Positions 9,783 to 20,599 are shown, numbered from the stretch's first letter. The stretch is 64,000 bases of DNA from an uncultured Candidatus Saccharibacteria bacterium (GCA_964651655.1 CAZYVS010000002.1:29471-93470), one strand, 5' to 3'. The notes: generated from the sequence alone by a model not told the origin. Numbers and translations: made by a program.

Positions 9783-11599
9783 TATGGTTTCTGGCCGGCA
9801 ATAAAGACATTGTACCAGATTGCCAACACCAAAAGGAGATAGATTTTCCTCGAATTATCATCGCGGCCGGAGAGATGATGATTGATAAGATTATTTATAT
9901 ACGGGATATTCATATGTTTTTGAATATATGGATTTTCCAGAATGGTATTATAAATGTCTTTGTTATTACCGGTAAACCAATCTCTGACCGGCGTCGGGAA
10001 ACCGAGTTTCTTCCTCCGACGCACCGACTTTGGCAATATTTGTTTGAACGCCTCACGCAAGAGATATTTGGTAACCCCGCGTTTCCATTTAAATCTATCT
10101 GGAAAACTTGAAACCAGGCGCGCCACTTCGATATCCAGAAATGGCACTCTCAATTCAAGCGAATGCGCCATGGTCATTTTGTCCGCTTTAGCCAAAATAT
10201 CTCCCACAAGCCAAGTGTGAATATCAATGTACTGCATCTTGGTAGAATCGCTGAAATATGGCGCTCTGGCGTAGATATCACCGATAGAAAATTTTTTCTC
10301 TAACTTTTCTTTCCAAAGAAATTTAACTTCAGCGTTACTAAAAATAGAAGCGTTGCCGATATACCAGTCTTCAAGTTTCTGACTTGCTCTGGTGGCATAA
10401 TTTTTACCTCTAAAATTAAAAGGTAAATTGCTAATAAATTTCAAAATAATATTGGGTATCCAAGAGATCCATCGACGGGCAAATGGCTCCAGATAAATAT
10501 TGTAACCGCCAAAGAGTTCGTCAGCACCTTCGCCGGAGAGCACCACTTTGACATGTTTGGCCGCTTCTCGAGCCAAAAAATACAATCCGAGAGCTGAAGG
10601 ATCGGCTACAGGCTCATCAAAGTGCCATATCGCCTTGGGTAGATTGACAAAATATTCTTGCGCGCCAATAATAATTTCACGATGGTCGGTATTAAGCCAG
10701 TTGACGGTTTCTAACGCTTCCCTACCCTCGCTTAGAGATTCAAAACCAACGGTAAAAGTTTTAATTTTTTGTCCCGATTTTGTTCTCAAAAGTGTCGTAA
10801 CGATGCTCGAATCTATGCCGCCTGAAAGAAAGGCGCCGACGGGCACATCGGCAATCATATGGTGGGAAACGGAATCCTCCATCGTCTCAAAAATTTTTTT
10901 CTTAGTCTCTTTTTCATTCAATAAATCATTCGGCTGAAATTCAAATTTCCAATATCGTTTTATATCCATCTCGCCGGTCTTGGCGTTTATTTGCATCCAG
11001 TGAGCCGGCGGGAGTTTAAAAATGTTTTTGAAGAAAGTTTCTTCCAAAGGATTATATTGAAACGAAAGATAGTTAAAAATCGCCGCGTCATTTGCTTCCG
11101 GCCTGAAATCAGGCAAGGCAATAAAACTTTTTATTTCTGAAGAGAAAGCGGTGACTTGATTTCCTTTTTTCCAATAATATAGCGGTTTGATGCCAAAGAA
11201 ATCTCGCGCGATAAAAATCTTCTTATCTCTGGTATCGTAGATAGAGAAAGCAAACATACCGCGCAGATGCGGCAAAACCTCTTCTCCCCACTTTAGAAAT
11301 CCGGCTAAAATTACTTCGGTATCGCTATCAGTTTTAAACTTGTAATCGCTCAATGCACTTTTTATCTCCCTGTAATTATAAATTTCTCCATTGAAAATAA
11401 TCACCCACCGGCCATCACTGGAGACAATTGGCTGCCGGCCTCCGGCCAGATCAATGATGGAGAGTCGTCTCATTCCTAAAGCGACATAGTCATCGGAAAA
11501 AAATCCTGCATCATCCGGTCCGCGATGAAAAATGGCCTCGGTCATGTTTTGAATGCGGTCTCTTTCTTTCGGTTTGATTATTCCCGCTATGCCACACAT
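9782..11599 (-). CDS. asnB: Asparagine synthase-type glutamine amidotransferase
   Basis: MCGIAG, HRGPD, RRLSIIDL, LSGGIDSS, SGEGADELFGGY. Confidence 0.93.
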   Translation of the reverse strand: MCGIAGIIKPKERDRIQNMTEAIFHRGPDDAGFFSDDYVALGMRRLSIIDLAGGRQPIVSSDGRWVIIFNGEIYNYREIKSALSDYKFKTDSDTEVILAGFLKWGEEVLPHLRGMFAFSIYDTRDKKIFIARDFFGIKPLYYWKKGNQVTAFSSEIKSFIALPDFRPEANDAAIFNYLSFQYNPLEETFFKNIFKLPPAHWMQINAKTGEMDIKRYWKFEFQPNDLLNEKETKKKIFETMEDSVSHHMIADVPVGAFLSGGIDSSIVTTLLRTKSGQKIKTFTVGFESLSEGREALETVNWLNTDHREIIIGAQEYFVNLPKAIWHFDEPVADPSALGLYFLAREAAKHVKVVLSGEGADELFGGYNIYLEPFARRWISWIPNIILKFISNLPFNFRGKNYATRASQKLEDWYIGNASIFSNAEVKFLWKEKLEKKFSIGDIYARAPYFSDSTKMQYIDIHTWLVGDILAKADKMTMAHSLELRVPFLDIEVARLVSSFPDRFKWKRGVTKYLLREAFKQILPKSVRRRKKLGFPTPVRDWFTGNNKDIYNTILENPYIQKHMNIPYINNLINHHLSGRDDNSRKIYLLLVLAIWYNVFIAGQKP

Positions 11600-11603
11600 A
11601 AAT

Positions 11604-12548
11604 TTAGTTGTTTATATACTGCATCACGGCATTAACAATAATGCGCGCATCGTCAAAACGGCCTTCTTCGGTAGAACCAAGGATGGAAACAATTATCAAC
11701 CGACCCAATTCCGGATCAAAAACAAACGCCAAATTGCCGCCGGCCGTATCGGTAAGGCCAGTTTTAGAGGCCATGAGTCCGGGAATTTCGGCAAATGCCA
11801 CATTAGTATTTTTACCAACATGCAAACGATTATCTAAAGATTGAAAAGTGGTGGCGGCCTCTTTTGTGGCTTCAAAAAATTCGGGATAACGTGCCAGAAT
11901 ATATTCCAAGAGGACGCTTATATCCTTAGCCGTGCCGTAAGCGCCACCCTTCATCTTGGATTCGTCCAGTCCGGTTTCATTCCAGAAGTAAGTGTTTTTA
12001 AGGTTTAATTCTCTGGCCTTGTTATTCATTTCTCCGACAAAATCGTTGACAATTTCGTCCGAAGTGGCATTTGCTTTTGATAAGGCGCCAAGCGAAAGAG
12101 CCACGGCGCGCATGCCGTCATTCGACGATGTCAATAAAGAAAAATCAAGAATATCTTTCAGTCTCCATTTTTCGTCTTTGTAAAAACCGCTATTGCCTTC
12201 CGCCTTCAAAGCTTCCTCGTTTATAGTCACAGTGCCATAAAGCGGGCTTAAATCTCTAGCCACTAAGGCCGACATAATCTTGGCCAGAGAAGCAAGCGAT
12301 AGACGAGTATTTTCATTTTTGGCAAATAAGACGGTCCGGGTTCTAACATCATAAACGTAAGCGGCCTTGGCCGTAATTATTATCGGAGGAAAAGAGTTAA
12401 GGACCGCTTCCGTCGGAACCGACTTGTCTTTTCTTTCCACTTTCGAGCTAAAAATAAAAGATATGATAAACAAACCAAAAAGAAATATCGCCAGAATTAG
12501 AAAAAATTTAATTTCAGTATCGCGAAATGCCGGAAGTTGATTACCCAT
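11604..12548 (-). CDS. D-Ala-D-Ala carboxypeptidase, S11 family
   Basis: SxxK (SLAK), SSN and KTG motifs; N-terminal anchor. Confidence 0.88.
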   Translation of the reverse strand: MGNQLPAFRDTEIKFFLILAIFLFGLFIISFIFSSKVERKDKSVPTEAVLNSFPPIIITAKAAYVYDVRTRTVLFAKNENTRLSLASLAKIMSALVARDLSPLYGTVTINEEALKAEGNSGFYKDEKWRLKDILDFSLLTSSNDGMRAVALSLGALSKANATSDEIVNDFVGEMNNKARELNLKNTYFWNETGLDESKMKGGAYGTAKDISVLLEYILARYPEFFEATKEAATTFQSLDNRLHVGKNTNVAFAEIPGLMASKTGLTDTAGGNLAFVFDPELGRLIIVSILGSTEEGRFDDARIIVNAVMQYINN

Positions 12549-13113
12549 TTTGGTTTACTGGTGAAGTGTTTTTAAATTCCTCTATTTTCTTGAAGGCCGT
12601 ATGATAGTCCGGTAAATCTTCACAACTGGTGGCACCTAAATGCTCCAAAAGTCTAATACTGGCTTTGTAACTATAACTTCTTCCTGCTCGGACCACTTCG
12701 TCAGCCGAGTATACCGTATCATCAGGACGTTCTATAAGCCCGCGGATCATTAGCGAGCGTAAAATAAAACTGGAATTAACTCCGCGGATATGATCAATTT
12801 CGCGGCGGGAAATCGGACCTTGATAGAGAATAATGGCGAGAGTTTCCAAACTGGCACGACTAAGTTCTCTGGAAAATTCTTCCTTTGCCACATTTTCAAT
12901 CAACGCGCTGGCATCCGGATGAGTGCCGAAGCTGATGTTTTCTCCGTCTGAAACAATCACAATGCCTCTGGTTTTATAAAATTCTCGGAGACTGCTTATG
13001 GATTTTTCAATCTCATTCTTTTCAGCGTTTAGAGTCCTCGCCAGTTCTTTAACCGAAACCGGTTCGTTTTTGAAAAAAAGTATTGATTCTATTTTAAATT
13101 CTAAACTAGACAT
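12541..13113 (-). CDS. scpB: Segregation/condensation protein B
   Basis: LSRASLETLAIILYQGPISRREIDHIRGVNS. Confidence 0.93.
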   Translation of the reverse strand: MSSLEFKIESILFFKNEPVSVKELARTLNAEKNEIEKSISSLREFYKTRGIVIVSDGENISFGTHPDASALIENVAKEEFSRELSRASLETLAIILYQGPISRREIDHIRGVNSSFILRSLMIRGLIERPDDTVYSADEVVRAGRSYSYKASIRLLEHLGATSCEDLPDYHTAFKKIEEFKNTSPVNQNG

Positions 13114-13849
13114 AAATTGGGGTATTTACCGATTCGCTTTCTATCTCTAAATCTCCCCTACCTTCCTGCGTGACACGGATGGCACCACGTTTAACAAGTT
13201 CAAGCATCGCAAGAAAGCCAATGATTATTGAAACTTTTTTCTCATAAGTGAGCGCTCCTTTGGCGCCATGAAATTCTTTAAAGTTAAGTTTGCTTGTCTT
13301 GGTAATTTGTGCCGCGAGTTTTTTTATCATTTCTTCAAGACTTATAATTTTTTTGACTACCACTTGCGGCAGTGTTTCTTTCTTCGGCAATGATTCTATC
13401 ACTCTTTCGAGAGCCAGAAAAATATGTTCTGGGTCAGTTTTAGAATCCGGGGAGAAAATTATCATTTGATTTTTAGACGGCATTTTCTCAAAGATAATTC
13501 TTTTACCAAAAATATTTTTGAGAACCAGAGCTAGTTCCTTGACTCTGGCATAAACGGCGAGACGATTTTCCAAATCATGGATACTTTCTTCTTCCTCCTC
13601 TGTCAATCGAATCATCGGCAGGAGCGACCTGGATTTAATGAGCATCAGAGTTGAAGCCACAACAATAAATTCCGCCGACTCTCTTAACGGAAAATCTTCG
13701 TGTTCATCGATATATCGTATAAAATCGTCCGTCACTTGAGACAACGACACGTCATTCACAAAAAGTTTTCTTTTAGTCACCAGTTCAAGAAGAAGGTCCA
13801 GCGGACCTTCAAAAACCTCCGTTTTTACGGTATATGAGTTTCCTATCAC
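13106..13849 (-). CDS. scpA: Segregation/condensation protein A
   Basis: FEGPLDLLL, LIKSRSLLP, FLAMLELVK. Confidence 0.93.
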   Translation of the reverse strand: MIGNSYTVKTEVFEGPLDLLLELVTKRKLFVNDVSLSQVTDDFIRYIDEHEDFPLRESAEFIVVASTLMLIKSRSLLPMIRLTEEEEESIHDLENRLAVYARVKELALVLKNIFGKRIIFEKMPSKNQMIIFSPDSKTDPEHIFLALERVIESLPKKETLPQVVVKKIISLEEMIKKLAAQITKTSKLNFKEFHGAKGALTYEKKVSIIIGFLAMLELVKRGAIRVTQEGRGDLEIESESVNTPIYV

Positions 13850-13867
13850 CCCATCATTATAGCGTTT

Positions 13868-14452
13868 TCAGGTCTGATATCCAAGCAAAATATTAACTAT
13901 CTCGTCCCATGAATAAACTCTGCGAATAGGTGGTTTAACTTCACCTTGATTCCACGGCGCATCAAGGAGCAAGGCAGGTATACCGACACTAGCCACATCT
14001 TCCACATTATGCAGTGAATCGTCCACAAAAAATTCAATGCCTAAATTTTTACAAACTTCTCCCTTTGAACACTTTGGTCCATCTCCCTGAAAATGATTTG
14101 TAAAACGAACTCCGTCAAACATTTTTGGAAAATGTTTATCCAACCATTCTATTGTTCTGTTTTTCAATTCTTCAGGTTTAGCTGTAATTACATACAAATC
14201 GTGGTACCGTTTTAATTCCTTAATGCTTTCAACCGCTCCGTCTACTGGCAAAGCATTTAAATGTGCAAGGGAGGAGTAAAAATCAGACACTCTTTGTATT
14301 GCCTCTTCTCTTGTACAGCTCCACATTCCTTGTAGTTCATATGATTGTCTATGCCTCCTTTCGTGCTTTGTACCATAATTCATATTATGATAATGAAGAA
14401 GAATATCATTAAAATTTAACAACACATCATCAAGGTCAAAACCGATAGTCAT
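13868..14452 (-). CDS. HAD-family 5'(3')-nucleotidase-like protein
   Basis: GFDLDDVL, ITAK, FVDDS, DAPWN. Confidence 0.8.
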   Translation of the reverse strand: MTIGFDLDDVLLNFNDILLHYHNMNYGTKHERRHRQSYELQGMWSCTREEAIQRVSDFYSSLAHLNALPVDGAVESIKELKRYHDLYVITAKPEELKNRTIEWLDKHFPKMFDGVRFTNHFQGDGPKCSKGEVCKNLGIEFFVDDSLHNVEDVASVGIPALLLDAPWNQGEVKPPIRRVYSWDEIVNILLGYQT

Positions 14453-15726
14453 GGGTTCAGTCTCTTAACGTCTCTTGGCAAATACGTGGCTTCGCGGACA
14501 TTTGGCAAGTCAATAATTTTCATAATAAAGCGACCTGGCCCAATGCCGGCCCCGCCATGCGGCGGACAGCCATAACGGAAGAAGTTTAAATAATCCTTCA
14601 GCAACTCAAGGTCCATATTTTTCTCTCTGGCCTGTTTTTCCAAAATTTCTACTCGGTGCTCGCGTTGAGCCAGAGTCGTGATTTCAATTCCTCGATAAAG
14701 CAAATCCGCTCTTCGACTTCTATCAGAATCCTCATCTAAACGCATATGGTAGAAAGCACTCTTGGATTTGTGATAATCAGTGATAAAGACAAATTCATGT
14801 TCGTGTTCTTTGAGAATATATTCCGAAATGGCCCGCTCTTCTTCCGGTGAAAGATCGTGCTCATCGGGCGAAGAAATACCAAGACTAGATAAAATCTTTT
14901 TTGTTTCCACTATTGTTATTCTTGGAAATGGTCGGGTTGGTATGGTGATATTTAAATCCGGAAAAGTTTTCAATAATTGTTCAAATCCACTGACAATCAT
15001 CCCCTCTTCTTCATCCATGACATCATAGTGGTCCTTGATGTAGGAAACCTCAAAATCCCAACCGGTAAATTCCGTAAGATGACGAGTGGTGAAAGACGGC
15101 TCGGCGCGAAACACGGGAGACACCATGAAAACCTTTTCGAAACCGGATGCCATAGCCATCTGCTTGTAAAACTGCGGTGACTGCGCCAGATACGCCTTGC
15201 GGTCGAAATAATTGACTTCAAAAACTTCCGCGCCAGATTCCGACGGTACAGACATCAGGGCCGGTGGATAGAGTTGGATGAAATTATTCTCGTCCCAATA
15301 TTTGCGCCAGCCCTTCTCAAATTCCGTCCAGACTTTGAAAATTTTTGCCTTCTCCGGTTTACGCAAATCAAGCCAACGATAATCAAAACGTATAGGCGCT
15401 TCCGTCTCCCCGCCCGAACGTGCCGAACCACGTTCGGTACGGGCGGGTTCTCCACTCTTAACCACAACCGGTATCGGTAATTCCGGTTCCGCCCGGCTCA
15501 ACACCTCAATCTTAATCGGATGCATTTCATGGCCACCGGGCGCCTGCGGAGCATCTATCATTTCCCCGGTCGCTCTGATAACCGACTCAAGTGTCAAATT
15601 CTTAGCGGCTTCAAATTCCGGATTATCCGTCGTCACCACCAGTTGAGTCAGGCCTTGTAAGTTACGAACAATAATAAAAATTATTTTCGATTGAACGCGC
15701 AAAGCATGTATAAACCCTTGAATCAT
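14449..15726 (-). CDS. aspS: Aspartate-tRNA ligase, archaeal/non-discriminating type
   Basis: RWLDLR, LAQSPQFYKQ, FRAEPS.TTRH, PPHGGAGIG. Confidence 0.9.
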   Translation of the reverse strand: MIQGFIHALRVQSKIIFIIVRNLQGLTQLVVTTDNPEFEAAKNLTLESVIRATGEMIDAPQAPGGHEMHPIKIEVLSRAEPELPIPVVVKSGEPARTERGSARSGGETEAPIRFDYRWLDLRKPEKAKIFKVWTEFEKGWRKYWDENNFIQLYPPALMSVPSESGAEVFEVNYFDRKAYLAQSPQFYKQMAMASGFEKVFMVSPVFRAEPSFTTRHLTEFTGWDFEVSYIKDHYDVMDEEEGMIVSGFEQLLKTFPDLNITIPTRPFPRITIVETKKILSSLGISSPDEHDLSPEEERAISEYILKEHEHEFVFITDYHKSKSAFYHMRLDEDSDRSRRADLLYRGIEITTLAQREHRVEILEKQAREKNMDLELLKDYLNFFRYGCPPHGGAGIGPGRFIMKIIDLPNVREATYLPRDVKRLNP

Positions 15727-16712
15727 GATATTTTTAATCCAACTTTTTCTCTAATTATTTTCATTTTTTTCTCCGCCCTTTCTCGCGCGACTTGCCCGCC
15801 ATCCCGTAAAACTTCTAATACAATATTCCTATCTTTTTCCAATTGCTGTTTCTTCTCGCGCATAGGCCTGATGAAATTCTTAAGGTCTTCTATGAGCATC
15901 TCTTTCAATATTTTATATTTTCCTTTGTTTTCTTCATATAAATCATTGAGCGACTTTTTATCTTTAAGTAAGGCATGGATAGTATAAACGTTTTCCGGAC
16001 GATCACCTGATGAGTCAGTGACAATACTTATCACCGCCTTCTCTATCTCATCATCGCTCGCAAAAAGCGGAATAGTATTACCGTAACTTTTAGACATTTT
16101 TCTGCCATCCGTACCGCGCACCATCGCTGCTCCCTCCAAGATAAGCGGTTCCGGTAATTTAAAAGTCTCGCTTGCCCCGTCCTTGGCGGGGCCAAATATC
16201 CGATTGAATTTCTCTGCCGTATCGCGCGCAATTTCTACATGCTGTTTCTGGTCCTGTCCAACAGGCACCACATCGGCATCCTGAATAAGAATATCGGCGG
16301 CCATCAGCAATGGATAATCAAATAATCCGACGTTGGGTTCTTTATAGTTAGCTACGGCATCCTTATAAGCATGCGCCCGCATCAGATACGGCACAGTGGT
16401 CAAACAATTAAAAATCCAGCCGAGTTCGGTTACTTGAGGAACATCTGATTGAAGAAACAAAGTGGTTTTGTTTGGGTCTAATCCTATCGCAAGATATGTG
16501 GCGGCAACATCAAAAGTGTTTTCTTCTAAACCCTTCCTCTTTTCACCATCACTTGTTACCGCGTTGGTTAGAGCATGATAATTGGCTACAAAAACATAAC
16601 TCTGGTATTTATCTTGAAGCTCTACAAATTGCTTAAGAGCGCCAAAATAGTTACCTATGTGAGGTTTACCGGTTGGTTTTACTCCAGAGAGTAATATTTG
16701 CGTCGCCAACAT
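15723..16712 (-). CDS. trpS: Tryptophan-tRNA ligase
   Basis: HIGN, YPLLMAADIL, VPVGQDQ, KMSKS. Confidence 0.96.
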   Translation of the reverse strand: MLATQILLSGVKPTGKPHIGNYFGALKQFVELQDKYQSYVFVANYHALTNAVTSDGEKRKGLEENTFDVAATYLAIGLDPNKTTLFLQSDVPQVTELGWIFNCLTTVPYLMRAHAYKDAVANYKEPNVGLFDYPLLMAADILIQDADVVPVGQDQKQHVEIARDTAEKFNRIFGPAKDGASETFKLPEPLILEGAAMVRGTDGRKMSKSYGNTIPLFASDDEIEKAVISIVTDSSGDRPENVYTIHALLKDKKSLNDLYEENKGKYKILKEMLIEDLKNFIRPMREKKQQLEKDRNIVLEVLRDGGQVARERAEKKMKIIREKVGLKIS

Positions 16713-16727
16713 ATTAGCCCTATGGTA

Positions 16728-18362
16728 TCAGGAATTGACCGGTAATTCCATGAAAAAAGTGGAACCTTTATTTATTCCGGCGGACTCGGCCCAGACACGA
16801 CCATGATGCGCCTCTACAACATCTTTAACAAAAGAAAGACCGAAACCGGTAGAGTTTATATTTACTTTAAGTGAATTGTTATCCCGTCCGCCTTTAGTGA
16901 AAAGTTTAGGTTTGAGTTCATCCGAGATGCCTACTCCGGTATCCATAATCTTCAATAGAACTTTATCTTTGACTTTTGATATTTGAATTTTAACTTCCCC
17001 CTTCGGCGTATAACGAATAGAATTATCAATTAAATTTCTCACGGCTTGTTCCAGTTGAGCCTTGTCACCGTGCATATTATAGTCGCCCTCGTCCACATTA
17101 AATTTAAAAGATAACCCTTTTTCTTCCGCCACTCCTTTTTGCTTCTCTACCACATTCTGAACAAGCATACTCATATCAAACGACTGCATTTCATATTTAT
17201 AAGTCCCCTTCTCAATATTGGACGCGTTGAGAAAATCAGTCACGAAATCAACCCCTTCGGTCAAAGACTTAAATCCTTCATTTATCATCGGTTTAGCGGG
17301 CTCTGATATCGGTCCGTATTCCGGTTCGGTCAAGAGTTCGGAGAAAACGTTTCTTGCCTTGGCCAAATAACCCTTAATTTGATGATTGATAATATGTATC
17401 AAATTCGCCTGCCCCTCGTTAGCCACCTGTAACTCCCCCGCCAATTTTTCAATCTTTTCCTTCGCCTCAATTTCCCGTTTGACACTTCGTACAAGTTGGA
17501 TACCAAGCACTAAAATAATTATTGAAGTCAGAGAGACAATAATTCTTACATTTTCAATAGACCTCACAGCAAGAATTGAAACTACCAATATAAGTAGGGC
17601 ACCAACTAAAGCCTGCGTGCCAATCAACTTAATATTAAATGCCTTAAATTTGACTGTTGCATATACAAGAAACGTCACAAAGATAGGCATTCCAAATAAT
17701 CCAAATTGAGCTACTACCCAGTTGTCGTAATAACTACCGATTAGGTTTCCGTATATAAAAAACAAAAGAAATAGAGATATCCCCAAGCCCATCATTATAG
17801 TTTCCTTCCTTTTTACCGTATCATTTGATTTTCTATAAGTTTCCATTGAAACCACACTTATAACGAGAAGGAAAAGAGCTTCTAATATATAGCTATAATA
17901 TTTAGCAACACCATTTTCAATAGCCGTACAATCATAAAGATAAACTCCGATTAGATTATAATTAGTTGGTATTAAAATGATGAATGGCAACACGCCAATG
18001 AGTATTAAAATGTTTATCCAAAAGGAAGGGACTTTCCCTCTTTGGTAAGAGTAAATAAGATAAAACGAAAATAAAAACACTAAGATCTCAAGAAGTATTT
18101 GCAGAGACCAAAAGAAAATCGTGATATCTGGTCTATTTGTCGCCCATAAAATTAAATCGAAAATGTTCCATAGCGCAAAAAAACCAAAAATGGCTACAAG
18201 GGAATAAGTGCGAATATCGCGTTGGGCATTCAAAAAAACAAAAACACCCCAAAATAGTACTATTAAAAGAGCGGGAATATGAGAGTAATACAATAAGGAC
18301 GGAATATTGCTGGAATACATCCAAAAGTAAGTGGCGCCTTCCCAAGGGCAAAGAATTTCCAT
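16728..18362 (-). CDS. Sensor histidine kinase with N-terminal multi-TM domain
   Basis: Many TM helices; HQIK H-box, NLIDNSIRY, DTGVG, GFGL. Confidence 0.88.
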   Translation of the reverse strand: MEILCPWEGATYFWMYSSNIPSLLYYSHIPALLIVLFWGVFVFLNAQRDIRTYSLVAIFGFFALWNIFDLILWATNRPDITIFFWSLQILLEILVFLFSFYLIYSYQRGKVPSFWINILILIGVLPFIILIPTNYNLIGVYLYDCTAIENGVAKYYSYILEALFLLVISVVSMETYRKSNDTVKRKETIMMGLGISLFLLFFIYGNLIGSYYDNWVVAQFGLFGMPIFVTFLVYATVKFKAFNIKLIGTQALVGALLILVVSILAVRSIENVRIIVSLTSIIILVLGIQLVRSVKREIEAKEKIEKLAGELQVANEGQANLIHIINHQIKGYLAKARNVFSELLTEPEYGPISEPAKPMINEGFKSLTEGVDFVTDFLNASNIEKGTYKYEMQSFDMSMLVQNVVEKQKGVAEEKGLSFKFNVDEGDYNMHGDKAQLEQAVRNLIDNSIRYTPKGEVKIQISKVKDKVLLKIMDTGVGISDELKPKLFTKGGRDNNSLKVNINSTGFGLSFVKDVVEAHHGRVWAESAGINKGSTFFMELPVNS

Positions 18363-18440
18363 ACGCCATTAATTATATTGGGGTTCGTTAGAATAGTCTA
18401 GTATATGTATAATTACTCAAAAATCTGCTATAATTTCGGT

Positions 18441-19481
18441 ATGCGAAAATCAAAAACAACAAAGAAATTTCTATCTAGGCCGGTAGAACATATAGATATT
18501 AAAAAACTTGATCTCACGAAGACAGTAAAAGCCATGTCTAAAATGTCCTTTTCTGCGAGAGATGCAGCCAACGCAGCAGAAATGTATGCTCGAATGGTTA
18601 AAGATAATGATTGCGTTAATATTTTAACACTTGCTGGTAGTACCAGTGCAGCTGGTTGTATGCAAATTTATACAGACATGGTAAGACACAAAATGATTGA
18701 TGTGGTCGTAGCCACGGGTGCAAGTATTGTAGATATGGATTTTTTTGAAGCATTAGGATTTAAACATTACCAAGGCAGCCCCATTGTCGACGACAAAATG
18801 TTACGTAGTTTATATATCGACAGAATTTATGACACGTACATCAATGAAAACGATCTGCAGAAATGCGATGCGGCAATTATGGAAATTGCTAACGGCCTGA
18901 AAACACATCCTTATTCATCACAAGAATTTATAAGAGAAATGGGCAGATATTTGACAAAACGTTCAAAAAAAGACGACTCTCTTATACAAGCCGCGTTCGA
19001 AATGGGTGTTCCAATATTTTGCCCGGCGTTCTCAGACAGCAGTGCCGGTTTTGGTCTCGTAATGCATCAAGTAAAAAATCCGAGAGACCATGTTTCTATT
19101 GATTCGGTCAAAGATTTCTATCAGCTGACCCAAATAAAAATCAAAGCTAAAAATACAGGTTTGCTCATGATAGGTGGAGGAGTGCCCAAAAACTTCGCTC
19201 AAGATACTGTGGTGTGCGCTGAAGTGTTGGGACACAATGTTCCCATGCATAAGTACGCTATACAAATAACTGTTGCCGATGTCAGAGATGGCGCATGTTC
19301 TAGTTCCACCTTAAGAGAAGCTAACTCCTGGGGTAAGGTTGATAGCTTATCAGAACAAATGGTGTATGCGGAAGCGACTACAGTATTACCAATGATTGCC
19401 AGTTATGTATATCACCAAAAAGATTGGAAAAGGCGAACAAAAAAAGATTTTAACTCTGTATTAATAAAATTGTCCAGTTAA
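18441..19481 (+). CDS. Deoxyhypusine synthase-family protein (homospermidine synthase-like)
   Basis: DRIYD, PAFSDSS, GGGVPKN, DGACSSST, EANSWGK; start set at ATG 18441 (TATAAT 6 nt upstream). Confidence 0.9.
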   Translation: MRKSKTTKKFLSRPVEHIDIKKLDLTKTVKAMSKMSFSARDAANAAEMYARMVKDNDCVNILTLAGSTSAAGCMQIYTDMVRHKMIDVVVATGASIVDMDFFEALGFKHYQGSPIVDDKMLRSLYIDRIYDTYINENDLQKCDAAIMEIANGLKTHPYSSQEFIREMGRYLTKRSKKDDSLIQAAFEMGVPIFCPAFSDSSAGFGLVMHQVKNPRDHVSIDSVKDFYQLTQIKIKAKNTGLLMIGGGVPKNFAQDTVVCAEVLGHNVPMHKYAIQITVADVRDGACSSSTLREANSWGKVDSLSEQMVYAEATTVLPMIASYVYHQKDWKRRTKKDFNSVLIKLSS

Positions 19482-19489
19482 ATTTAAAT

Positions 19490-19615
19490 TTAATAGGGCT
19501 CTTCTTCGGAAACAATAGTAAAGTCCTTGGCTATGAAAGCCCTCTGATAAGTCAAATATATTGAAAAAATAGTAACTAAAAATATCAGTACAAAAACTAC
19601 AGTTGTTGATTTCAT
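19490..19615 (-). CDS. Small membrane protein (41 aa), not in ORF track
   Basis: Manual translation MKSTTVVFVLIFLVTIFSIYLTYQRAFIAKDFTIVSEEEPY. Confidence 0.5.
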   Translation of the reverse strand: MKSTTVVFVLIFLVTIFSIYLTYQRAFIAKDFTIVSEEEPY

Positions 19616-19626
19616 ATAGCTATAAA

Positions 19627-20547
19627 TTAATAGTAGACGAATATGCTTCCAATTGCAATGACCGCAATTGCGAGAATTTTATGTACTAAATGTTGACCAG
19701 ATATTTTTTCAGTAGCTATTTTAGGAAAATATCTAGTGAGAAATATTCCCATAAGAAAAACAAATGCCGGTTGATATGCGTCAACCAGTAACACAAGAGC
19801 AATGGGTGCTAACAAAATGGCATAACTAAAAGAGAGAGTGGCTATTGTTTGCAAGAATTCATTAAACACATTGATGGATATAAATCTTTGACCATTTTCT
19901 TTTATTGTATTTATAAATCCGACCCTAAATTTTTTAATCAATAACAAGGTGGTGATTCCAAATACTCCATACCCAACCAGATTCCAGAATATGGACACTT
20001 TATATGAACCCTCTGATAAGGTTGTACTTTTGAAAATAACATCATTGAGCGCCAGAAGTAAACTCGCGGCAATCATTAGCAAGGTTGGTTTAAGTTTAAA
20101 ACGTAGACCAGCCTCCTCTTCAAACTCAAAAGATAAAATTGTGGCCCCTAGTATAACCACTAGACCTGCCAATATTTTAATTATTTCAATATTTTCTTTT
20201 AATATAGCCACGCCCAAGAAATAGCCAAAGATCGGGATCAACTGAAACATAGGCACAATTACCGATGTTTCTTCCTCTTCTAAAGCATAAAAATAAAATA
20301 CAAGAGAAAGAGCGCTCATTATTCCTGTTACAATTAAAATAAAAACATGCTCACTTGATATTGATATTAGATTACTCCTAATAAAAATTAAGAAAAATAC
20401 AACAACAATCAACGGGAAGAGAGTTGAAAACAAAACAAGAGATCCAACACCACCATGTTTAGAAAATTTATCTAAAAGAAATTTATCCGTATGATGAATA
20501 ATACTACACACAAACGGACTTATAAGCGCTATAAAAAACCAGTTCAT
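19627..20547 (-). CDS. EamA/DMT family transporter
   Basis: About 10 TM helices in two repeats. Confidence 0.8.
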   Translation of the reverse strand: MNWFFIALISPFVCSIIHHTDKFLLDKFSKHGGVGSLVLFSTLFPLIVVVFFLIFIRSNLISISSEHVFILIVTGIMSALSLVFYFYALEEEETSVIVPMFQLIPIFGYFLGVAILKENIEIIKILAGLVVILGATILSFEFEEEAGLRFKLKPTLLMIAASLLLALNDVIFKSTTLSEGSYKVSIFWNLVGYGVFGITTLLLIKKFRVGFINTIKENGQRFISINVFNEFLQTIATLSFSYAILLAPIALVLLVDAYQPAFVFLMGIFLTRYFPKIATEKISGQHLVHKILAIAVIAIGSIFVYY

Positions 20548-20599
20548 TGTGTGATTATACGTTATATCTTATTGGAAAAAATCTCAATCTACAACTTCA

